Shown here in pieces: positions 24,439 to 37,099 of a stretch of DNA of 64,000 nucleotides; the stretch's first letter is position 1; the number at the start of each line of letters is the position of its first letter. Where the stretch lies: NCBI GenBank assembly GCA_030704615.1, contig CM060734.1, positions 14,570,001-14,634,000 on the forward strand. The letters are read 5' to 3'. This stretch comes from Takakia lepidozioides. Lineage: Eukaryota; Plantae; Bryophyta. The notes below the pieces were generated by a model, which was not told where the DNA came from, made no database searches, and worked only from the letters and a program-made list of their open reading frames with translations. The position numbers were made by a program, and so were the translations under genes.

Positions 24439-24647
24439 AAACTTATACAGAGCTAAGTTATACCATTGAACTCTCCGTTCTTTTCTAGTGATACTATACT
24501 AGTTTTGCTATGATACATTTTATGCCATCGTTTCATTCTTGATCCGAGGAAGTGAGGTCTGGTATGCACTCCCTTACGGGGTGAGTGCATACCACACTCA
24601 CTCCGTAAGGTTCTGCCATGCCAGGGGATTGGTTGGTGGGTCCCTCT

Positions 24648-26390
24648 CTCTCCCTCTCTCCCTCTCCCTCTATAACTCTTTGGATTTCATCTGACCTTAA
24701 CATTTTGAGGTTATTTAGTTTTTCATCCCAGCCTTTTTCATCCAAATTTGGATTATTTTATTATAGGGTGATGAAACTTAATGTACAGAAAGTTGGATTT
24801 ACCATCTATTTCTTTCATCTAAACTGGATGATCTACATAAATAATGGTTACCTATTATAAAATCCAAGAGAATAATAAAACTACCATCATAAATGATGGC
24901 AGTTATTAAACCTAAGCCTATACCATAACCCTAAAAGATACATTTCTATGGGATGTCATCCATTGACAAGGTGCCTCTCTTGGTAAAATGTGATTTTCAT
25001 CCACCCTGGATGAAAAATCGGGAAGTTTTGCCCTAAGCAGGCCGACACACTTCACAGCACTGAACTCGTGCTTCAGTGAACCTTGATGACGCGCCGTATA
25101 AACCTGCTCCCCTGCTGCTACATGGTACTCGTGATGGCTGGCTCTTGGGGTGCGCATTGGTGGTTAAACAGATTCTTCTCTGGCAGACGACAAAGCGGTG
25201 ATCGCTTTGATCAGAAACTCATGGTTCTTTATTTTGCAGCGGCGCTTTTACTCCTTGTTGGGAAGTACTCTATCCCTATTTATCTACAGATTACATGTTG
25301 CTCTCTCTTTGTGTATGAGCCATTCTCTATCTGTGACCGCTTCTACTCTGATTGCGTTCTGTTGGAGACGATCTGTTGGACGCCATGGCGCAGGGCATAC
25401 CACAAACATTCAAGGTTTTTTGAGTTTACCCTTGCTTGAATTGTGATCTGTACTTGCTTTAGAATTCAACACTGACATGGATAGCAACTGTGAAGACCTG
25501 CCATTTACCTGCTGCATCCTCACTAACACACATCGCTATGTGGTGGTTTTTGGGACGGGCACAGGTGAGGGTCTTCACTTGTCTTGATTTCTTGAAATCT
25601 TGCAGCTCCTGTTCTTGCAAATGTGGATTCTGTTGCTGCCTATGCTGCTGATGCCATCTACTGTTTCAAACTGCCACCATGCCGCTTCAGACCTGCTCCA
25701 AGATGGCTCCAATGAGGATCTGCTTCTCTCCTTACCCCTGTTTCTGGTTTTTTACAACCACATTTGCATGTGTAGGAGTTAAGCTATGAAGGATACAAGG
25801 ATACAAAATAGCAGTTATTACTCTAACTGCCTTGATACTTAGCTCTGAAATCAAACTTCTTGGTATGACTCTGATCAAAAGGATAGGCTTTGATAGATAA
25901 CACACATTCTTCAAGGCCCTCATAGCATTTTGGTTTCATGGCTTGATAACAAACTGGGGTTTCTGAGCTGCTCTTTCACCTTGGCAGAACTATTTTATGA
26001 GGCCTTAAAATACCATTCTAGGCCTATACCCGCTTAAGGGGGCTCTACCCTTTTGTTTCTTCTTTCTTTTTTAAGAATCTTGCTTATATCTTGGTTCTAA
26101 AACATCATCTTCAAACCAAACCTGCAATCTGGTTATTGAAATGAGTTTGAAATGAATTTTTGAGATGATGATGCATACTATGGTGCTTTCATGATATGAA
26201 TGACCTGGAATCCCACCCTCCCGCCCTGTTTTTTCAGAGACCCTGAAATGTAATGGGGTATTCAAATGAGATTGTAAACATGAAAGGGAATGTTAGATGG
26301 TGCCCTGTAAAGGGCTGTTTTGTCTTTCAATGACAATGACCTTAGCGGTCTTGTCCATGTCTTGACATGACATGTATATCTTCCCTCTCT
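24648..26390 (+). mobile_element. 1.73-kb repeat copy R3
   Basis: Same termini and internal sequence as R2. Confidence 0.9.
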
Positions 26391-26459
26391 TTTTTGCTGT
26401 TCACAAAAGTAAACAAACCACAAGGGAGAGAGGGTGCAAAAAAAGTTAAAAGATTGTAC

Positions 26460-27140
26460 TCATAAGACGTTGTTTGCCGTAGCCTTGTGGCCATTGACCC
26501 CACGCCCAGTTTGAGCTGAAAAAAAAGGGACAGAACCTGCCTCTGTCAGGGGCTGACGTTGGTAGTAAGACTTACCTTCATATATAGAATTAATCTGGGT
26601 TTTCCAGATATCCTCTAGAAATCCCTTCACACAAGCATCAAATTGTTGTGTGTGATTTGCCCAATAACTAGGCCTCAGAAGGGCCTGGGCTTTTGGCTCA
26701 GCCTTGAGACTTTCAAAGTTGGTAAATAGAGGTACAGGCACAATTCCCTTGATAGATTTGAAGAGAGCGTCTCTTTGGTGAGAGAACCCCGGACAGTGTA
26801 CCAGAAAATGAGTACTGTCTTCAGATTACCCACACAACGGGCAATTGCACTCTCCCTTTCCTCTCTGCTTCTGTTTGCTATTCAAAGGTAGGCTTCCTGC
26901 CCTGAGTTTAAATTTCAGTCTAGTGCCGAGAGTGGGTAGACCCTTGAGATCATCCAAGATGTCCTCCCCCATGTCACTCACTGGAAACAAGTTCAGGGAA
27001 GTTTTCTGCCTAACTTCATTTTCATCAGACAATCTCATGGCACCAGACATGGCTTTGGACACTACAGCCTCTAAGTCAGATTTATCAACCCATATTGCAG
27101 ATCCGTACTCCAAGGCAGGTCTAATAATGCGACAAAGCAT
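26460..27140 (-). pseudogene. Non-LTR retrotransposon ORF2 3' fragment (RT thumb + CCHC finger), internally deleted
   Basis: IIRPALEYGSAIW; LKFKLRAGSLPLN...CPLCG...EDSTHFLVHCP. Confidence 0.7.
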
Positions 27141-27187
27141 GGTTTTCTTAACCTCAGAGTTGACCCTTTTGCAGAAAAAGTTAAAAA

Positions 27188-28340
27188 GAGAGAGGGAAGA
27201 TATTCATGTCATGTCAAGACATGGACAAGACCAACTAGGGTCATTGTCAATTAAAGACATAAACAGCCACATGATAGGGCACCATCTAACATTTCCAGTC
27301 TTGTCATAACATGCCAAGTGATGCCACCCATTTAGTCATGATAAAACAGGGTGGGAGGGCGGGGTATGTTCATAATCAGATTCCTGTCATGTACCCAAGT
27401 GACCCTCTTGCACAATATAAGTCAGATTGCAGCCTCAGATTACATCATCCATAGTTATCCATTAGATATGCACCATGCAAGATATCATGGGCATATAAGA
27501 GTAACTTGCCACATTACAGATCCAAGATATGTATACACAAGTACCTTGAGGTGATCCAAGACAAGCATTATGCAAAGTAGGTAAGGCCTTACAACACATT
27601 TAGTGAGTGTTCACACCGGCAGCAGGAAGGACCAGCCTGCAATTAATTATACTTTAGGCCTGCCACCAGGTACATTTCTTGGGCAAGGTAAGCCATATTA
27701 CAGCTTCACATTTGGCCAAATGTAAGCATCCCAAAGCATGCATCGTGCAAGGCCTTCTGGGTATGTAAGAACAGTCTGTCATTGTACATATTTAAGACCT
27801 GTGCACATAGGACTCTTGCTGGCCCAGCCTGCAGTAAATCAGACTTCAAACATGCAACCAAGTGAACACTTTGGGCATGACAAGACTGACTGCGACTTCA
27901 TTCTACATCATGTACAGTTGCCCCAAGATATACATCCTGTAAGGCGTTTTGGCATGGAAGAAAGGCCTGCCCTGTCACAGCATCCAGATCTGGACACACA
28001 TACACTTTGAGTGCCCAAGACCAAGTCCACTTGGCCAAGATAAATCATACAATGCAGGTGGCTGTTCATATGGCAAAATAAAGTAAATAATCATTGGCCA
28101 GAGTCCTTTAGAGCTTACCGTCATTGTTTCACAGGAGGCTAATGCCATGTTTTGCAAATAGAACCTCACTATGCTCCATTCCACAACAAATCCAGGTATG
28201 AAAACGGCCTATCACTGCCTTATCAGGTTGTCTTCTTTAACAAACTCAGGTCTCCTCATCCTTAGAGCCAAACAGCCACTTATGACTTGTCCCTTACACC
28301 ATCAATCCTCTTTTCAGGCCAAAAAAAAGGAAACCTAGTC
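27188..28340 (-). mobile_element. Diverged relative of the R repeat in inverted orientation (far boundary uncertain)
   Basis: 27188-27297 is the reverse complement of the R 3' terminal ~110 bp (agagagggaagata..catgtcatgtcaagacatggacaagacc...gggcaccatctaacatt). Confidence 0.65.
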
Positions 28341-28439
28341 TAAAAATCCACAGGCAAAGCTGTCAGAGATTCAAGACAAGGTAGGATTCACATGCAGTGC
28401 TTGCATGAGACAAGGCTGCCAGACAAGTGCTCCATCAGC

Positions 28440-28660
28440 AGTAGCAAAGGATAAGTCAACACAGTTGATAACATCTTGGACACGGGGAGACAGTCTCAGT
28501 GTGTGAGACACGATGACCGTTCGCCTTTGGCAGTGGTCAACAAGGTGGGTCAATCACGAGCAGCACTACCTACACTACTCAGCTTCCCAGGATCGCATGC
28601 TTTCCGGGATAGTGGACTTGGCCTCCTGTGGGATGCTCAGTTGCAGCAGTTATTTGTTGC
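28440..28660 (+). pseudogene. Possible fragment of a retroelement-borne C5-DNA-methyltransferase-like domain
   Basis: NILDTGRQSQCVRHDDRSPLAVVNKVGQSRAALPTLLSFPGSHAFRDSGLGLLWD; recalled resemblance only, catalytic motifs absent. Confidence 0.3.
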
Positions 28661-29039
28661 GATATTTCATCGCTATACATGTCGCTTCCACCAATTGTCA
28701 AGCTTCTCGCCATGTATTCCTACTGGACTTGAAAGGTGGGAGAAAAAATAGATCGCAATCTGGGACTGGAACAGTCGTCCTATATTGTTTGAACATGATT
28801 AACTTGTCGTTTCTGGTACCGAATTGGCAGCCTAATCTGCTGTCGATGCAACTTCCTACGGTCATCTTGACGCCAGAGTTCCACTCCATGGTTGTCGCAG
28901 ACACTGTCTAATTTCCTACGTGCTTTACCAACGATTTCCAAACAACTAACAAACTAACATGTTTTGGAAGTATAATGCCGAAACCACTTGTCTTATGATC
29001 AAAAACGATCTGAAAAGAAAAGTGTACCAATATATGCAT

Positions 29040-29408
29040 CTACAACAGGTTCCGGTGTAAAATGAGATGAAATGAAATTCATTCAATGGGCGATCAAATG
29101 GTTGACCATACAAATGGTTTATGTTTGCTTTCAAACTTTGCCACTATGTTCAACATACCATGTAACAGGTCCCGGTCTAATATGACATGAAACAAAATTC
29201 ATTCATTGGGCGATCAAATGATTGAGCATCCAAATGATTTTTGTTTGCTTTCAAATTTTGTCACTATGTTCAACATACCATGTATCAGGTCCCAAACTAA
29301 TATGAGATCAATCGAAATTCATTTCAATGGCTCAACGGATGGTTGCCCATCCAAATGATTTTGGTTCACTTTGAGACGTTGCCAGTATGTTCAATGTACC
29401 ATCTAACA
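29040..29408. repeat. 120-bp tandem repeat x3; another copy at 60648-60753
   Basis: aatgggcgatcaaatg...tttgctttcaaactttgccactatgttcaacataccat recurs at 120-bp spacing. Confidence 0.85.
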
Positions 29409-29409
29409 T

Positions 29410-30030
29410 CCCTGGCCAGCAAACATGCAAAGTGAACTTGAATTGGGACAGAGGTTCCGTTGGTGTGTCCGCTGTGGGCTCTCACATCTGGCTCCTGCCA
29501 AATCCAGGGGTGTTAGATGACCACATGGGGTATGAATATCTCTGCAATGAAGTGATTTGAGTTGAGCTCCAGGCGAGCTCATTTGGGGATAGTGAGAACG
29601 AGTATATAATGTCACTGCAGGGTAGAAACACAAAGAGAGGTTAGATGCAAGTTCATGGGTGCAACAGGAGCGTAGAAGGGGCATCAAATGAAATTGTAAG
29701 TCAGGAAACATGCCGGTGCATATAACTGTAAAAACAATGAGAGGGGTAGGGAGCATAGAGGGTTTGCACCTGTTTTTCATGCGGGATGTCATATCTGTGT
29801 TGGTGGCTGGTGTAACAATTGAGACAATTTCCTTGTCAACATTTAACCAATGGAGTGGAGGGGGAGGTAGGGCCTGGGAGATCTTGTTTAGAATTGTGGA
29901 GATGTAGTCTCTGACCTGATGTGTGGACTTGATATATAAGGCCCGGGGTGTGTCCCATGAGGGGTACCTGATGAGCTGAGGCCTTATGTTGGCATGAGTG
30001 TGCTTGCAGGTCTGCCTGCAGCTGCATACG
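29410..30030 (-). pseudogene. Highly degenerate retroelement (possibly PLE RT) remnant
   Basis: ...LHWLNVDKEIVSIV... resembles the PLE xDK motif region; the rest is decayed. Confidence 0.3.
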
Positions 30031-31056
30031 GAGTTTTTTCCATGCCAAAGTGAGTGGGTTGACTGATACATATGGGTGGACGAAATGAGAAATTTGGGAA
30101 AAAAAGATCGATTGCGGGTCGTTGCAACTAAACCATAGCGCAACGTCGTCTGTTTTAGCAAACCAAAACATAGGGGAACTCATGCTTGATTCCTATTCAT
30201 AGCTTTTTCCGAGCATATTTAAAGAGATCACAACCAAGAGTATGTGTGTTTTACGCCTCATGTGTTCTATTTGAAACTGCACTCAAACTACGCGGAAAAA
30301 TATACCTGGAAAACACGATATTGTTGTCAACTGCGTCGTTTAAAATATAACTCATCAAGCATTTTGTATGATGCTAAGCTCTTTGGTCTTGCCTTTGATT
30401 TGATTTGGATCACATGTTGAGGCGGGACACATATAGGCCGTTGTCTGCAGTCGTACAACAAACCCCTAGATGCCTGAACTTAAAACTGATGCGCTTCGCA
30501 GGTACCCTAATCTTATAGACGTCTGAGCTCTCTTGTCTTCACGGTCGTCAGAGACACTTCCATTTGCAGGCTATACCAATAGTTATATCGGTGTTTCGGG
30601 AGTGAAGCAAAATCTATGAAGCAAAATCTATCCTATGTACAACACGCACTGGGTTGCCGCTTTGTGACAGTCAACAACAAAGTAACGCCTTGCTTTCACA
30701 GCCCTCATCATGCCATGGTCATCGGTACATTGTGCACCTGAGAATGATGTCCATGCGTGCTCTTTCACAGCGTTCCGTACGTACTCCACGCTCGTGCTTT
30801 TCCTCTTTGCGTGCCTGCAAGCCCATACAACACCACTCTCTCTCTTAGCAATCCTGCAAGCTCGCACTATCAGGCTGTCAATTCTACCTTTCTGGATATA
30901 GACTGTATATTCATGGATTGTTATGACTACTCCGAGATGGTACGCAGGCAACATTTCAATGCCGCTTCCCCCAACACGCTACCCAACCCCCAGTCGGGGC
31001 TTCTGGTGGACAACAACCTTTAAGCTTCATATTTATGATGATGACAATCTGGGAGG

Positions 31057-33688
31057 GTGGTATCTCTCCCACCTCCCCTCTTTTTCTCAAACCGCACAGT
31101 CTCCTATGATGCAATGTACTCTAAAGGTGGAACACAAGACAACGAGCAATATCATTCTGTTACAGTGGAGCAGGCTACAAAAATGGGCCATACGTCAGCC
31201 CCCATCAACTTGAATTCCACCCATCTACAGGGAGCATACTCACCCTTCTCTCATAATCTATCACACTTCCCCCCTCTCATCACCAGACCTTCCAACAGCA
31301 CCCACAACCCCAGTAAACACTTTCATGAGTCTCCCAACCACTGTTTCCTCCCTTTACCTCTTTCAATATTATACTGCATCACTTTGCCCAATTGTTCAGC
31401 CCCCGACACAACCCAAACATTCTCTGCCCTCTGTATTAACTCTTATCTCTCTTTTACAGGCTCAATGACAAATCCCACATCAATTCTGCACATGGTTCCA
31501 AAAATGTGCCTCAATTCCATAGAAGGTACAAATCCCTATTTCTATTCAATTGGCCCCTGGCCTCAAGGCATGTCTTCACTACCCTTGTATCCAACCCGCA
31601 TACACCACAACATTCTCCTCTTGCTCAAAGGCATAGCCAGTGGCAGGCTCCACCCTCTTCTCAGTTTACATCAATCTACTAGCACAGGACTGTCTCTTCA
31701 CTGGTCATACCACCCACTCCACTACCCTTACACAGGCACAAACCAGGTCCCAGTTTACTTCACTACTTATACGGCCACAATGCACCTATTGCACTGCATC
31801 CTTCCCAAGCCTTACCCACCTATCTCTGATGCCCAGTTGCTGCCTATCTTGCACAGATTCCTTAGTCTTTCTAATGCCACGGTGCCCCCCGGCCTGCCTA
31901 CCTTGTGTCTTCCCTGCCATGCCTCACCATCCCCCCCAATGAGTTCAGTCCATACCAGTGTACTCCCAGCTGCCTTCAACACCGCTTCTATTACCTTTCA
32001 TCCTGGCTCCACCAAGTACACCACTCCATCATGCCCTCTTCTCCTCGACAAGGTTGCCCTATGGTTGTACTGGCTCCATGCTCATTACCCAACGTCTTGG
32101 CCCCTCCACTTAGCTGCAAACCCCCCGCTTACCACTCCTGCCAATAGCACCCATAGCCCCAGTAAATTCTCTCACGAGTCCCCCCATCATTGCCCCCTCC
32201 CGTTTCCCCTTTCATTGTCCACCTTGCCCAATTGTACAACCCTCGATTCAATCCCTACACCCTCTGCCCCTTGTATGAACTTTCATCTCTCTTTTACAGG
32301 CTCGATGACTGATCCCATTCCAATTCTGCACTTGCGTTCAGTAATGTGCCCCATTTCCACAGAAGGTACGTCTCTATGTTTCTATTCAAATGGCCCCTGG
32401 CCTCAAGGCTAGTTCACACGGCCCATTTCTCCAACCCATTCACACCGCCAATTTCTCCTCTTGCTCAAAAACATAGCCCATGGCTGTCTACCAGGCTCCA
32501 CTTATTTCTCGAGCTACTACAACCTACCTGCACAGGCCTGTCTCATCACTGGTCATACCACCCACCCACTACCCTTACGTAGGCACAAACCAGATCCGAC
32601 TTTACGTCCCTATCTCTATCATCACAATGCACCCAATACATGGCACCCTTCCCAGGCCTCACCCACGTGTCTCTGATATCCAGTTGCTGCCTACCATACA
32701 CAGCTCCCATAGTCTCTCTCATCTCACAAAGCCCCCCTGGCTTGTCTGCCTTGAGCCTACCCTGTCATACTACACCATCCTTCCCAACGGATTCAGTCCA
32801 TACCAGTATAGCTGCCCCCACCACAACATCAATTCCCACTCACCTTGGCTCCCCCAACCTCCTCAATTACCCTACAAGACCCCAAATCCCACCGCTTTAT
32901 ACACCATACCCCCACACCTCATCACTGTACGTACTAACTCTCACTTGCATGTTGCAGGCTGCCTCTCAAGTGTGGACCCCTCAACACTTCCATTGGGCTC
33001 TATTCATGTGATATCCGGACCCAATGGCTCTCTACACCAAAATCAATTCTAAGCATATGTCCCGCATATGCTTCCATTATCTGGCCACTACAACTCTCTC
33101 TTTACCAACCAACTCTATGCATATGCCCCGCATATGTACCCAAGACATACTTTCCTGGCCACCGCACCTTAACATACCATGTCTCTTACAGAATAATGCC
33201 CCTTCACCACAATGGGCCTCCTCTCATCAAACTGCCCCACCAGTCCACTACTTTCACCATATCCAACAAAACTCATAAACACCTATACATAATCAATTAT
33301 GTTCCTACACCACTCGTAATGGCTGTATCAGCCCCTCCAACCTGCATATGGCCTCCGCCCCCTCCCAACCCCCAGATTCCCCTTCACCACTTGCTCCATG
33401 CACACCCCACCCCCCCCCCCCCCCCCCGTATCACACCATACCCCCATTGCGGCGCTCCGCCCGCCCTCACATCAGACAGCCACATTCATGCCAGGCCCCT
33501 TATGCCCGGACACACACCTGGGGTACCTGACATCCCACTTTATAAGCCCTTTGATACCCCAACACTTACACCTTGGGCTTGTTCCCATACACTACACGAA
33601 AATCAAAACACATTCCTCATTTTTTTCCAACTCCTAGCACACAACAAACACAAGCATCACTACCACTACATACTGTTAACCACTGGTT
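31057..33688 (+). repeat. C/A-rich degenerate coding-like repeat with an internal ~850-bp tandem duplication
   Basis: 31297-31960 and 32146-32810 are colinear (SFTGSMTxPxxILH...GPWPQG...). Confidence 0.6.
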
Positions 33689-34620
33689 TGTGACTTGAGC
33701 AAAGTGGGCTTTCAACAGTGCAGCCCATTTCCCCAAGACACTCAACAGAGGTTGTCCGACGGTATGTCTATGGAACGATTACATAGTAATTGTTAGTGGT
33801 AGTGGGAACACTACCGTTCCACGAATCAACATCCCTGCTACTGCTTAAGTCCTTAGATTGATCATAGCCTGCATCCCACTAATAACTAGTGTTAGGAACT
33901 TAGGCGAAGCTATATCACTATAGCTGCGACTAAGTCCTATCTACGCATTCAGTAAGGCAGTACACTATGTGCTCCTGCAACTAAGAACTATTCAGAGATG
34001 ATGCACATTCTCACTATCTCACGTTCTCTCATCATGCACATTCTCACTATGATCTCACATTTTCTCTACACATAAGTATATGGAAAAGCATGGCTTTACT
34101 TCAGAGTCATCACGTCATAACACAAGTAGACATTGAATCACCCTGATTCCACCGGATACACACTGATCCTTCCTAAGTTGCATGCGGTCCTTTTATACTA
34201 TGCTAAAAAGATCCGTTTACAGTCTACGGTCGTTACTGACCGTTGCCTAACTACCTACGCAACCTAAAAGGTTTGCCAAAAAAGTAGCCCGTGGTCATGG
34301 CCGTGGCTCGTGGTCCATGTGTGCCTTAGTGGTACATGGCCCACGGTCCTTCACTACTCCTTCTACAAAAAAGCCTATGCTACCGTGGCCGTGTGATATC
34401 GTGGTTCACGGCCCACGGCTGCTACACTACCCCCTACTGCTCCTCGTGGTAGTGTGTTCCGTCTTTGCTGCTGCTAAGTGCCGAGCACTTAGCTCTTTCT
34501 GCCTCATGGCCGGGTAGTGTGAAGTAGATCACTACCCGCCATGTACCCTCGTGGCTTCAGCTGTCCTGCCCTCGTGACACTGACACTTAGCCGTTATCAT
34601 TTATTCCCCCCCCTCTTTTG
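33689..34620 (-). mobile_element. LTR (~910 bp, TG...CA) with adjacent polypurine tract
   Basis: Minus strand reads aagagggggggaataaa|TGATAACGG...AAGTCACA; PPT at 34600-34620. Confidence 0.55.
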
Positions 34621-34964
34621 AAATTGTGTCCGCACAATTTCGTCAGTTTCGGTGTTTGATGTGTCTCTTGGGGATGTAGGGTGGTGGCATGCCCGCCTGC
34701 TGGTTGAGAAGTGTCTCCCATGATGGTAATGGTTGTGGTGGCAGCTTCTTGTTTCTGTTGTCATCACTGTTTGGTTCCTCCCGTGGCTTGTGTGTGGGCC
34801 AGCTTTCATCATCCGGGTGCAATTGGCCGCATCGGAATGACAACAGGTCAGGACGACTTCAAATGGCAAAGCGTGGACTTGTTAGCGGTGCGGGACAACT
34901 GGAGGGGACGCCGGACAACCTATGACTCAGTGGCAGGGTCAAAGACCCCAGAGCCATCACCAGG

Positions 34965-36820
34965 GACGCGTGTTTGGTTCGGGGGATCCTAAGGTCCCAA
35001 TGGAAAATAGGGAGCGCACATGCCTCTTCCATTGGACTCAATCTCTGGCACGTCATACAAAGCGCTGCATTCGCCCTGACCTGCAATTGGAGCACAGAAG
35101 GCTCTGTCTCAAGTACAAGAATGCCACCTCAATGGGAGAAGCTGAGAGCACTTACCAGGCAATCCGGGCTTGGTGGTTCTCCTCTGGTGCTGCAACAGGT
35201 ACCCACGTAAAGGAGTTGGAGGACTGGTTGGTTTTCTGGCACTTCAGGTATAGACAGTGGGGAGCTTTCATGACGACGGTAAGCCTCTTCAATCCCAAAA
35301 ACAGAAATTTTGCATCATGCCTGTTCATTTGGGGTTCTTCGATTGTCACTTGAAGAACCTCTACCATTTGTTTTCGTTCCTCACATATCCATGCAAGCCT
35401 CCTGCAGGACATGTCCTTGGAGGACTTGGCCGACATGCCATCCTGTAATTTGGTGGAGACTGTTCACAACGCCTGGATGCAGCAGTCTACCAAAGCAGGT
35501 CGTGACTTGTATGTGGCCATTGCTGATGACATGGTGCGTGCACTTACACAACAAACCAGGTACCGCAATTTTCTGATGGGACGGGGTGGAGGCAAGGGCC
35601 CTGATACGACTTTGTTGATGCTAAGGGCTGCGAGTAGGTCCGGAGTCCTGTCAAAGATGGCTAGAGCTCTAAACAGATGCACTGAAGGGTCCCCTCTACA
35701 ATCCAAGCTCCCCCATTTGGAAGGCGAGGAAAAATTTGGATCATGCAAAAGGAAATTGAACACTCTTCCAGGGTCAGATGGAGATTCCCATCGGCCAGAC
35801 AGGGTCAATTTCTCTGTGCCAAAGGTGTCTCCACTGCAGACTGAGTCGTGTGCCCGCCCCTTCCCAGGTGGGTCCTCCTCCAGTGGAGCAGGTGCAGAAC
35901 ATACAAGCACAGCAGCGGGAATCCCATTGGAGGAGGTGGTGGCCATGGTGCAGGAATCCGATTGCATTGATAGTGAGTGGCATATAGAACGCACCCCACC
36001 AGGATCTAGAGTGGCTTGCATGGCAATTCGGACCCCCTCATTCAAGAAATGCAAATCAAAGATATGCAAAGGCTCCAGGGGGACTCCAGCTCCAACATTC
36101 ACAGGGTTGTTCCGACCTTATCATAGTGGGGAGTCAAAGGACCACAAATTTTGGTTCTGCCCAGACGATATGGCACGATGCGTGAAGGGAACAGTTCTTC
36201 CTTCGGTGATAATGAAACCCCCTCCCCCCGCAATTTGGCCTGTGCAAATTGGGACGTCGCTGTCATCAACCGAGATAAGCATGCTAGAGGAGGGAGGGTT
36301 CTGTCTTGCACGGTCCCGGGTGGTGCCCTCATGCACTGTCGGCACAGATGTGCCACATGCTCCGGCAATGCCGCCACCCGGTGCCGACTCCCACCCAACA
36401 AAAAAAGATGGAAAAACAGTGCGCCGTTTCGCTTTGGGTGCAGATCACGAATGCAAGATGGAATCTGCTAGAATTTTGCAGGCTCGGGTGTCTCGTATCA
36501 CCGAAGTCCCTTCTCCGGGGTATGGACGGATTTACACAGTGCTGTCAATTGGGTCAGTTCTTCATGGCAAAGAATATCAGGTTACCGTCGGGAATTTCCC
36601 TTCGTGCACTTGTCCAGACTTTGTAACGATGCGTGAGGGCGCTCTCGGCATGAGAGGGAAGTGGGTCCCCTGCAAGCATCAATATTACATATATCTTGTG
36701 ATTATGTGTTGCGACGGTAAGAGAGACCAATTCATCCACCAAGCCACACTAGGCTATGGAGAAGTGAACACCCTTCTACAGCGGGACACCTCGCGTGGAG
36801 CTCCGCCAACTTCTCTTTGA
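34965..36820 (+). pseudogene. Second, 5'-truncated Mutator-like/SWIM transposase of the same family as 3408-7032
   Basis: ERTCLFHWTQSL; NLVETVHNAW (catalytic E); CTCPDF...PCKH SWIM. Intron 35279-35408 at the same position as in the first copy. Confidence 0.85.
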
Positions 36821-37099
36821 ACACATACGAGCCATGCCCGCTTCCCATGCTGGTTTGCAGGTTGCCGTGTGAAGACTTTGCATTTCTGACAAACATATGG
36901 ATTTCGTTTACGGAACCAGGGCAAATGCACATGCAATTCATTGTAAGCGTCTATCTGTGAATTGAAATAAACTGTGACAATCATTCTGAGCTCAAATCTG
37001 CCATGTTTTCATATTTCTGTTTTTGAGCGGGCATTGCAGACATGGTGTGTGTTGGCCCCCTTTGTTTTGTCCACGGTAATAGGCCCTCTTCCTGCAATC

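Noticed and set aside
24440-24650. Hammerhead ribozyme
   Set aside because: No CTGANGA + GAAA core found on either strand.
17043-26390. Canonical LTR retrotransposon with R as LTRs
   Set aside because: No TG…CA ends, PBS, PPT, integrase or protease; the RT is PLE-type.
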